Source: a virus (Duplodnaviria; Caudoviricetes). Taken from it: a stretch of DNA of 56,614 bases. The first letter of the stretch is position 1, and each line of letters opens with the position of its first letter. The stretch lies in IMG/VR virus record IMGVR_UViG_3300005537_000031, positions 1 through 56,614 of that record; one strand, given 5' to 3'. Shown here piece after piece: positions 37,039 through 44,935 of this stretch. A program made the translations under genes and the position numbers. The notes below the pieces were generated by a model. That model did not search any database, was not told the origin of the DNA, and saw only the letters and a list, made by a program, of their open reading frames with translations.

Positions 37039-38400
37039 ATGAACGACTATGACATCGACGAAGGCCTCTCCGAGGAGCAGGTCGCGAGGGCTGAGACTCC
37101 ACCTCCGTGCAAGTTCACCACTGGCTGCGCAGGCACAGGCAAGACCTACAACGCAGTCAAGTCCGTGCAGGCCGATCCCAGCAGCGGAATCCTGAGTTCT
37201 ACTACCGGAATTAGTGCAGTGAATCTCGGCGCAATAACCATTAATAGTTTGCTCAAATACTCAGATGTCCGCGTAATGCGCGACCACTTCCTCACCGGAG
37301 CACTCTCCCGCGTGCTGCATCCCCTGGCGAAGGCCCACCGCTGGCTGACCATAGATGAGATCTCCATGTACGGCGGTGATGCCTTGGACATTCTCTACCG
37401 CGCAGTGGAGGAGGCGAACCGCTATGTGGATGTGCCGGTGCCGATGGGGATTCACATCATCGGGGACCTGGCGCAGCTCCCGCCGGTGAAAGCACCGTGG
37501 GTGTTCACCGCCGCGTGCTGGGAGCGATTCCGCGAGAACACGGAGACGCTGACGAAGGTCTGGCGCCAGGGCGACGCTCGGTTCCTCTCGGCGTTGAACC
37601 TGGTGCGCCGGGGTGAGGGAGCCGCCGCTGCCGAAATCCTGATCTCGCTCGGAGCCGTGTTTCACTCGGCACTGGACACCGAGTTCGACGGGACCACGAT
37701 CCTTCCCCGCAATGATCAGGTGTCGCGGTACAACGCGCTGGCGCTGGATCGTGTTCCCGGCGGGAAGTTCAAGGTCACCTCCCGCCGCTGGGGACAGCAG
37801 CGCAGCGAGTGGGGGCAGAACATTCGTACCAAGGAGTGGGGGATCCCGCCGGAGGTGGAGCTGAAGGTCGGGGCGTATGTGATGCTCTTGGCGAACGCTC
37901 CGGATTTTGAGTATGTGAACGGCGATTGCGGGACAGTAGTTAGTTATGAACCCTCTACTGTTGAGGATGACCATGCCTGCATAATCGTTAAGCTGCTACG
38001 AACGGGAACACATATTGCCATATTCCCACTCGTCCGAGGAGTCGAGTCCTCCGACCGTCCCGCCAGCTGGAGTTCCACCGCGCAGAAGGTCCCGGCATCG
38101 CAGGATGACGGCGGATGGTTGCCCCGTCCGCACTATCGCACTCGCGTGAAGCGGTATGTGACTGGGCAGATCGAGTATTTTCCTCTGCGCTTGGCTTATG
38201 CAACTTCGGTGCATAAGTCGCAGAGTCTAACCTTGGATCGTGTCCAATGCGATTTCAGGAATCACTTCTTTGCTCAACCTGCCATGTTATACGTGGCCCT
38301 AAGCCGCTGCCGATCGCTCCAGGGACTGCGGCTCGTGGGACAGCGTGAGACGTTCGCCAAGCATTGTAATTTCGATGAAATAATTCGTGAGTGGCTGTGA
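37039..38400 (+). CDS. Pif1/RecD-like SF1B helicase
   Basis: TGCAGTGKT, IDEISM, GDLAQLPPV, VWRQ, LAYATSVHKSQSLTLD, YVALSR. Confidence 0.92.
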   Translation: MNDYDIDEGLSEEQVARAETPPPCKFTTGCAGTGKTYNAVKSVQADPSSGILSSTTGISAVNLGAITINSLLKYSDVRVMRDHFLTGALSRVLHPLAKAHRWLTIDEISMYGGDALDILYRAVEEANRYVDVPVPMGIHIIGDLAQLPPVKAPWVFTAACWERFRENTETLTKVWRQGDARFLSALNLVRRGEGAAAAEILISLGAVFHSALDTEFDGTTILPRNDQVSRYNALALDRVPGGKFKVTSRRWGQQRSEWGQNIRTKEWGIPPEVELKVGAYVMLLANAPDFEYVNGDCGTVVSYEPSTVEDDHACIIVKLLRTGTHIAIFPLVRGVESSDRPASWSSTAQKVPASQDDGGWLPRPHYRTRVKRYVTGQIEYFPLRLAYATSVHKSQSLTLDRVQCDFRNHFFAQPAMLYVALSRCRSLQGLRLVGQRETFAKHCNFDEIIREWL

Positions 38401-38496
38401 ATCCGCTTCGTTCCAGAAAAAGTCCCTTGCGGCAATAAAGGGATGTGGCCATTGGGTCTGCAATGAAGGGCTGGCGGATTATCTGGGAGGAGTTCA

Positions 38497-38904
38497 GTGA
38501 GCGTGGCGGAGCGGGGAAAGATGGAGCGGAGGTATCCAGAAATGTCAGATTCCATTCCAGTGAAATGCGAGACTTGCCGATTTTGGACTGAGCATGTTGG
38601 CAATCAGAAGCCTTGGGGTTCGTGTGGGCTCATTGGTTCGGGCAGTAGAGAACAATGCTCCGCTTACTTGACTGGAGAATTTGCTAGCGAAACGCTCCAT
38701 ACGCTTCCCCATTTCTACTGCTCTCTATGGGCAGAGAAATTAGCCGATACCGTCTGTCGATGCGGAGAGCAAATAACCTTCGTTGCGCATATCGCTAAAT
38801 GGAGGCACATCAAAACGGGATTATGCGTGTGTGCGGGAGCCAAATTAAATAACGGGGAATACGACAAATGGGCAGAGCCAGCGAGAGGGGCGGTGACCCG
38901 ATGA
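38497..38904 (+). CDS. Cys-rich hypothetical protein
   Basis: CETCRFW...C...FYC. Confidence 0.5.
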   Translation: MSVAERGKMERRYPEMSDSIPVKCETCRFWTEHVGNQKPWGSCGLIGSGSREQCSAYLTGEFASETLHTLPHFYCSLWAEKLADTVCRCGEQITFVAHIAKWRHIKTGLCVCAGAKLNNGEYDKWAEPARGAVTR

Positions 38905-38931
38905 CTGACTCAGGGCGGAAGGGCAAATAAG

Positions 38932-39498
38932 TTGAATAGCGTTGTCGAAATCTCGTCAGCCGAAGCCGTGGAAGGGCTGTTGTCTCTGGTTAATGCCCAG
39001 GACGCAGTTCTTGACGCGACTTATGGCAGCGGCGATTTCTGGCGAGGTTCGACGCGTAAGGTCATCGGTTGCGACATTGACCCATTACGGGCTAAAGATC
39101 ATGTGGCCGATTTCAGGCAGCTTCCGTTTGCAGCTGGGGAATTTCCGACCGTGATATATGACCCGCCATTTCATCCATATGTGGGCAGCGCGGAAGAAAA
39201 ACAGTTCAAAGGAATGGGCCGCAACGACAAGGAATTACGCTGTCAGTTCGACGCAGGGTTGCGCGAGTGCTGGCGTGTCACATCACGGCATCTGCTGGTG
39301 AAGTGCCAGGGATTCATTCACAACCATGCGCCTCAGTGGATGCCCTTATGGTGCGTGGCTATTTGCGGAGAGCCGTTCGAGTGGCTGATCGTGGCGCGAG
39401 ATCACAAGCGAATCAGCGGACGTTGGAAAAATACGCTGTCACTTCGTAGGAACCATGCGGACTATCTGTTGTTCGACAAGAAAGGCAACAAACGATGA
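38932..39498 (+). CDS. DNA amino-methyltransferase (m6A/m4C)
   Basis: LDATYGSG SAM motif and IYDPPF catalytic motif. Confidence 0.75.
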   Translation: MNSVVEISSAEAVEGLLSLVNAQDAVLDATYGSGDFWRGSTRKVIGCDIDPLRAKDHVADFRQLPFAAGEFPTVIYDPPFHPYVGSAEEKQFKGMGRNDKELRCQFDAGLRECWRVTSRHLLVKCQGFIHNHAPQWMPLWCVAICGEPFEWLIVARDHKRISGRWKNTLSLRRNHADYLLFDKKGNKR

Positions 39499-40022
39499 CC
39501 AAACCAGCGGACGAGCGGACAGCGAAGGCGCGGGAGCCAGGATTACAAGCGAGAGCGGAGAAGCGGATGCGTGAGCTTTTATTTCACGCCCAATCTTCCA
39601 ACGGCACAATACCGCGAACTTTTTCGGAGAACCAATTAACTGATGTGCTGTACAACTTTGCCGAAGAAACATTGGCCGATGCCCAGCACAAAGTAGTGTG
39701 CTCGTTCTGCGGAACCATCACGGAATACGATCACACGCAACAACACGCTCAAGCCGATGCGATTCTGGCACACATCGAAACATGTGAGAAATCGCCAGTC
39801 AGGCAACTCTTGGGCGCGCTGGCTGAAATTGACAGGTTAAACGCCAAACGTTCCTCAGCCATAAAGGAAGCAAGAGAGATGCCCAGCCATGAGGAAATTA
39901 AAAAGGTTCTTGGAAATGGTTGGAAGGGATTCAAATTGACCGACGAAGATGACCTTGATTTCGTCATCGGCCAAATACGGCTGGCAATTATGAAGTGTGA
40001 TTTGATTCGCGGCGAACGGTAA
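39495..40022 (+). CDS. Accessory protein with a C2HC zinc finger
   Basis: CSFCG...HIETCEKSP. Confidence 0.55.
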   Translation: MTKPADERTAKAREPGLQARAEKRMRELLFHAQSSNGTIPRTFSENQLTDVLYNFAEETLADAQHKVVCSFCGTITEYDHTQQHAQADAILAHIETCEKSPVRQLLGALAEIDRLNAKRSSAIKEAREMPSHEEIKKVLGNGWKGFKLTDEDDLDFVIGQIRLAIMKCDLIRGER

Positions 40023-40043
40023 AGGGGAGGAGAGAGGGAAACA

Positions 40044-40469
40044 ATGCGGACTAAGAGAGTAAATCGTTACTACTGTGATTTTTGCCGCAAGGCTGGCATG
40101 TCAAAGTTTTGGATTGCGAAGCATGAAAAGGGATGCACGGCGAATCCTGCCCGCGTTTGTGGTCTCTGCGCTCACACGGAACAAGAGCAGAAGCCTATCG
40201 CTGAATTGATGGCCTGCCTCTCTGGCAGCAAGGAAGATTGCGGGATGGCAGACCTGCGGGCGATGTGCCAGAACTGCCCAGCCTGCATACTCGCCGCGAT
40301 CCGTCAATCGGGCCTGCAAAAAGTTGAGATAGACGAAGACGGAGTAAACAGCGGACTGGAATTTAATTTCGACTTCAAAAAGGAAATGGGCGACTTCTGG
40401 AGAACACGCGGATCTCTGACGCTGGGGGAATGGGGTAATGGAAAAGAAGATGACGGAACTCACAGATGA
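40044..40469 (+). CDS. Cys-rich hypothetical protein
   Basis: YYCDFC..HEKGC..CGLC..CPAC. Confidence 0.6.
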   Translation: MRTKRVNRYYCDFCRKAGMSKFWIAKHEKGCTANPARVCGLCAHTEQEQKPIAELMACLSGSKEDCGMADLRAMCQNCPACILAAIRQSGLQKVEIDEDGVNSGLEFNFDFKKEMGDFWRTRGSLTLGEWGNGKEDDGTHR

Positions 40470-42483
40470 AGCAATGCGCGAAATGGATCGAAAGATAGGG
40501 AACGCTGTAAACCCTGAATTAGAGGCAATCAAACTTTTGAGCGACCTGGGGGCCGCAGTCTCAGCTTCTCCCCAGCCGCGTTGTCCGAAGTGTGGCGGCG
40601 CTGATTTTGACGATGCAGGATTATACGAGAACGCAGATGGTGACAGTTCTGGCGAAGTAGTGTGCAAATCGTGCAACTCAAGATATACGCCAGAAGAATT
40701 GATAAATGCCTCCCCCTACGCGGCCCCGCAATGTTTTTATGTTATCGAACGTTTTGAAAATGGCAAGAGTCTGGGATATTGGAACGGCAATAGTTCGCGG
40801 GACTTCGATACGAACATTGAGCAGGCAATCCAATTCCGTCGCAAGGAAGATGCCCAACATATAAGGCGTGGTTGGCACTGGAAAGACACACAGGTAACTG
40901 AGCATTTGTATATTCCAGGAGCTTTCTTTGCCCCAGCCCCAGTTCAGGAGCCGCCGAAGGGAACGTGTCCGTGCTCAAAAGATCATGGGCCACACGAAGG
41001 TAAACTTATTAATATTTCGCGGCATGGCCTTAATCTTACAGTGTGCGAAAAACATGAGCCGCTGTACCGGCCACTTCCACCCATTGATGCCATGGCCGAA
41101 TATCGCGCCGCGCAGCCCGTGGAGAATAGCAGCAGGTGCGGGAAGATAATGGCGCACAAGTTAGGCAATCAGAAGTGCGGCGGAAACAGGGACCATGAGT
41201 TGCACACGGACAAATCATCCATTTTCTACCACGAATTTGAAGCCGAGCCCATCTCAGGCGGAGCATCCACAGGGGAGCAGCCGCCGCACGTTCCAATTAT
41301 GACTATGCGCGAAATCATTGAGGCAGAGGGACCATCCGCGCCCAAGGTTGAGCCGCTCGACTTCGATATGGAATTTGCCCGCAAGGTAAAAGTAATTGGC
41401 GAGCGGTTTAACTGGGACATACAAGCATTCTTTGAGCACGTTCAAGCTGAGCAAACGCAGCCCACCCAAGCAACGGAGGCGGCCTCCGCGCCACAGACTG
41501 AGTGGCACTGTCAAGAATGCCGTGAGCCTATAAAGTTTAATGGCAGGCAGTGGCTTCATGCCGATGGAACTCCTACCTATCCACGCTGTACTCGACCAAA
41601 ACCCGCCGCTCCCTCCGTGGCAGGAACGCAGCCCGAGCCAATTAGATGCTCACAATGTAAGTCTCCGCTATGTGAATGCATTGCAACCAAACTTTTGGCC
41701 CAAGGGATGCCACAGGTGGAAGAGATCAGCCGTGCTATTCAATGGGAATGGACGAATGGCGACAGCGTAACTGTGGAAGATGCTGCAAAGAAAGTTTTAG
41801 CGAAGCACTTACCAGGCGCACCTGCTCAGCTGGGGCCGGACTTTCTCACGCGACTGCGTTGCATCGGAGGCAAACTGAGAATGAACCTAAAAGACGCGGC
41901 CACATTAAATCCAGAACATTTTAACCAGAACGGCATAAATCAGCTCATCGCCGAATGGGACGAAGTTGTAAGCGATGTTGTGAAAGAAATGTGCGTGCCC
42001 TCTCCAGCGCAAGGAACGCCGGAGCCGCCAAACGTGTACCAACTTTTTAAGCACAAAGCAGGATGCTTATGGAATTCCGCGTTGCCAACTGGCGAAGGAA
42101 CGTTTGGATGCACATGCGGCCTAGATAAATTGCTATTGGACTTGGAAGATTTTGAAATTGATCCAAAAGTTGCGCTGGCCGGGCCGCAGAACGGGCAAGG
42201 GTGGGTCGCCACAAAAGATTCATTGCCTGATGACGACTCAGAAGTTTATGCGGCAATCGCATGGACACACTCACCGGGAGTGAGAAAGTACGTCATTCAC
42301 GATTGCAGCTACTACGAAGGCGGAACTGGCTCAGGGCAGAAGATATTCGTCGATTGCGAAGGCGAAGAGTTTGAAGCCCATGAAGTTGACTACTGGATTT
42401 ACAAGCACAGGCTGGCAGAGCAATTACCCGAACCGCTCCCCGCTCCACCTACCGGGGACGCGCCACATAAGGAGAAGCCGTGA
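40438..42483 (+). CDS. Mosaic multi-module accessory protein (Ea22/Eaa-like, DUF551-like C-terminus)
   Basis: Zinc-ribbon modules separated by Pro/Ala/Gln linkers; GWV...LP...VDYW...LPEP end. Confidence 0.55.
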   Translation: MEKKMTELTDEAMREMDRKIGNAVNPELEAIKLLSDLGAAVSASPQPRCPKCGGADFDDAGLYENADGDSSGEVVCKSCNSRYTPEELINASPYAAPQCFYVIERFENGKSLGYWNGNSSRDFDTNIEQAIQFRRKEDAQHIRRGWHWKDTQVTEHLYIPGAFFAPAPVQEPPKGTCPCSKDHGPHEGKLINISRHGLNLTVCEKHEPLYRPLPPIDAMAEYRAAQPVENSSRCGKIMAHKLGNQKCGGNRDHELHTDKSSIFYHEFEAEPISGGASTGEQPPHVPIMTMREIIEAEGPSAPKVEPLDFDMEFARKVKVIGERFNWDIQAFFEHVQAEQTQPTQATEAASAPQTEWHCQECREPIKFNGRQWLHADGTPTYPRCTRPKPAAPSVAGTQPEPIRCSQCKSPLCECIATKLLAQGMPQVEEISRAIQWEWTNGDSVTVEDAAKKVLAKHLPGAPAQLGPDFLTRLRCIGGKLRMNLKDAATLNPEHFNQNGINQLIAEWDEVVSDVVKEMCVPSPAQGTPEPPNVYQLFKHKAGCLWNSALPTGEGTFGCTCGLDKLLLDLEDFEIDPKVALAGPQNGQGWVATKDSLPDDDSEVYAAIAWTHSPGVRKYVIHDCSYYEGGTGSGQKIFVDCEGEEFEAHEVDYWIYKHRLAEQLPEPLPAPPTGDAPHKEKP

Positions 42484-42743
42484 ACTGGCCTGAAATAGTT
42501 GAAAAAGTACGCACTGATCACAATGGCGTAATGTCGGTCGAATTGTTCTTCGGGCATGACGGGCATAACGTCTGCCGATTCAAAAGCTACGATGAATTGC
42601 TGGGCGAAGGTGATTCTGGCCGATCCATACAGGAAGCAGTAGAACGCTGCTATGAAGACTGGCAACTGGAAAGTGGCGCACGTTGGTTCGCAAAGAATCC
42701 AGAAGTTGCGACCGGGGACGCGCCAACGGAGAAGAAGCTGTGA
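42480..42743 (+). CDS. Hypothetical protein
   Basis: GTGA overlap. Confidence 0.55.
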   Translation: MNWPEIVEKVRTDHNGVMSVELFFGHDGHNVCRFKSYDELLGEGDSGRSIQEAVERCYEDWQLESGARWFAKNPEVATGDAPTEKKL

Positions 42744-43513
42744 AGCGAGTGGTGGTTTGGTTTTCGTGTGGGGCTGCCTCTGCTTGCGCTGCTAAGTTGG
42801 CTATTGAGCGTTTCGGGGGTCACTTCCCGGTGAAGGTGGTTTACTGCGATACGTCAATCAATGAGCACCCGGACAATAAGCGGTTTGCCCAGGATGTCGA
42901 GAAATGGCTTGGCACTGAAATTGAGCGCATATCCTCAAAGATGTATTCCAGTGTGGATGAGGTCATTGCCAAGAATAGCTACTTCGCGGGAGTCAGGGGA
43001 GCGAGATGCACCACGGAATTAAAGAAAAAGCCTCGCCATGAATATCAGGAGCCGGGAGATTTACACATCTGGGGCTACACGGTTGAAGAGCCAGAGCGGA
43101 TTATCCGTTTCAAAGAAAACAATCCGGAAACGAAATCATATTTCATCCTTGCGGGAAATGGGCTGACTAAGGATGACTGCAAAAACATGCTGCTAAATGC
43201 AGGAATAGCCCTCCCTGTCATGTATGGGTTGGGATTCAACAATAACAACTGCATAGGCTGTGGAAAGGCTGAATCGGTCGAATACTGGCAGCACATCAGA
43301 AAATACTTTCCTGAGATTTTTGCAAAGCGTTGCCAGCAAAGCCGGGATATTGGATGGCGACCACTGCGCCTGGGCAGAAAGAGAACCCGCTCATATTTGG
43401 ATGAACTGCCAATAGAAGAAACGGGTGAACCTATCACGGAAGACATTAGCTGTGGGCCGCATTGCGGAGTAGAAGGTTTGGCCGGGGACGCGCAGGGGGA
43501 GGGGCGGAAATGA
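42740..43513 (+). CDS. PAPS-reductase-like PP-loop protein
   Basis: VVVWFSCGAASA, CTTELKK, GFNNNNCIGC. Confidence 0.75.
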   Translation: MKRVVVWFSCGAASACAAKLAIERFGGHFPVKVVYCDTSINEHPDNKRFAQDVEKWLGTEIERISSKMYSSVDEVIAKNSYFAGVRGARCTTELKKKPRHEYQEPGDLHIWGYTVEEPERIIRFKENNPETKSYFILAGNGLTKDDCKNMLLNAGIALPVMYGLGFNNNNCIGCGKAESVEYWQHIRKYFPEIFAKRCQQSRDIGWRPLRLGRKRTRSYLDELPIEETGEPITEDISCGPHCGVEGLAGDAQGEGRK

Positions 43514-43577
43514 GCGTACTGCTAGATTTTAAAAACTGTCGGGTATCGCACTCCTGTTAGGCAGGAGAGGAAATTTT

Positions 43578-43790
43578 ATGTCGCAGATGAGAAAACGCGA
43601 AACGTGGCGCAAGAGGCAAGCCTACCTGACAGGAGTAGCGGCTCAGCGGCAATGTCCAGCATGTAAACGGAAGTCTGCCATGTCTGCGCTGCAAGTCGAT
43701 GCGGAGATGTTCATCGGCAAAAGAACCTGCCGATATTGCGGACATGTAGTTGAAGTTAAAGAGGGCGTAGCAGAAAGGACTGAGCCGTGA
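43578..43790 (+). CDS. Small zinc-ribbon protein
   Basis: CPAC...CRYC. Confidence 0.55.
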   Translation: MSQMRKRETWRKRQAYLTGVAAQRQCPACKRKSAMSALQVDAEMFIGKRTCRYCGHVVEVKEGVAERTEP

Positions 43791-44314
43791 GCATCTTCAA
43801 CAATCTCAAGAATGATATCGCCCCGGCAGTGGGAGAAGTGGAGAACCTGGTCCACCATCCCATTTATCGCACGCCGTGGTACGTGTCCGTGGTCGTCGAT
43901 GGGAAACTCTGGCGCGGCTCATGGCCGGATGCGGTCCCCCTGAAGATGCTGAAGTCGGGAGGCGTGGTAGCGTCGCTGAACTTCTGCTCCGAGCGTCAGC
44001 AGGATGACCTGATCCGCAGCTTTGGGATAGTGCCATATAACATTCCGGTGGAGGATAACACCGCGCCGACGGATGCGGATCTGGAGAAGGCAGTGGATAT
44101 ATTTGATTGGGTTACCGTTCCGGCCAATCCCATGATGCCCGGCGGCATCCTCTTCGCCCACTGCGAGCAGGGCATTGGCCGCACCGGCTGTTTCATCGCT
44201 GGCATCCGGGTGAAACGCTGCGGCTGGACTCCGCAACAGGCGCTGGATGAGGCGATGCATTATGGGCTGTCGCTGGAGAGTCAGAAGGCGTTCATCATGG
44301 GGCTTAAGGCATGA
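43787..44314 (+). CDS. Dual-specificity/tyrosine protein phosphatase
   Basis: HCEQGIGRTG (CX5R) and a PVEDNTAP acid loop. Confidence 0.85.
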   Translation: MSIFNNLKNDIAPAVGEVENLVHHPIYRTPWYVSVVVDGKLWRGSWPDAVPLKMLKSGGVVASLNFCSERQQDDLIRSFGIVPYNIPVEDNTAPTDADLEKAVDIFDWVTVPANPMMPGGILFAHCEQGIGRTGCFIAGIRVKRCGWTPQQALDEAMHYGLSLESQKAFIMGLKA

Positions 44315-44380
44315 GCCATCGCTGTCGTCCCATAAAATAAATGTGGCTCAAGCTGGTGGTGTTCTGGTATAGTGGACACC

Positions 44381-44935
44381 ATGAAAGAACGAAGCATTTA
44401 TCAGAAGGTTCTGCTGGCGACGCAACGCGATAGTCGCGGCATGGGAAGGCAAGATTTAGATGCCTACTTCGCAGGGTTTTTCGATGGAGAAGGCCACATC
44501 ACAGTCAGTCGAGATGTCAGGCGACCTTGGAGTTGTTATGTGGAAATCGGGGCCACGCAGAATGTCCTGACTCCGCTGCATATGCTACAGAAGTGTTACG
44601 GAGGTAAGGTTCATCTCAAGCACAGAGGAAAGCTTGATGTTAGCAAATGTAGTGTGTGGAGATGCAGCGGGAAGGATGCCATGTACGCGCTATATCGCAT
44701 GCTTCCGTGGTTGGTAGTTAAGCAGGAGAAGGCGCGTGTGGCCCTGATCGTGTTGCAGAATAGGCCCCTAAAGGAATCTGGGGGGCAGATATCTCCGCAT
44801 CAAAAGATGGCCATATCAAAGGCTCTAGCTAAGATAAAAGTAGTGGAGAGGGGAAAGAAGTGCCAGTTAGATGTAAACCAAGCTCCTGTGTTGGATGCCA
44901 ACTCCATTCCCACGGCACAGATTTCTCCGCTATAG
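44381..44935 (+). CDS. Free-standing LAGLIDADG homing endonuclease overlapping the pol start
   Basis: AYFAGFFDGEGHI; LPWLVVKQEKA; TGGTATAGT 7 nt before the ATG. Confidence 0.85.
   Translation: MKERSIYQKVLLATQRDSRGMGRQDLDAYFAGFFDGEGHITVSRDVRRPWSCYVEIGATQNVLTPLHMLQKCYGGKVHLKHRGKLDVSKCSVWRCSGKDAMYALYRMLPWLVVKQEKARVALIVLQNRPLKESGGQISPHQKMAISKALAKIKVVERGKKCQLDVNQAPVLDANSIPTAQISPL

Larger units (their letters stand above)
42451..43513 (+). repeat. Gene-end repeat CCGGGGACGCGC in three consecutive genes
   Basis: At 42452, 42712 and 43482, each just before the GGAG and the overlapping stop/start. Confidence 0.7.
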
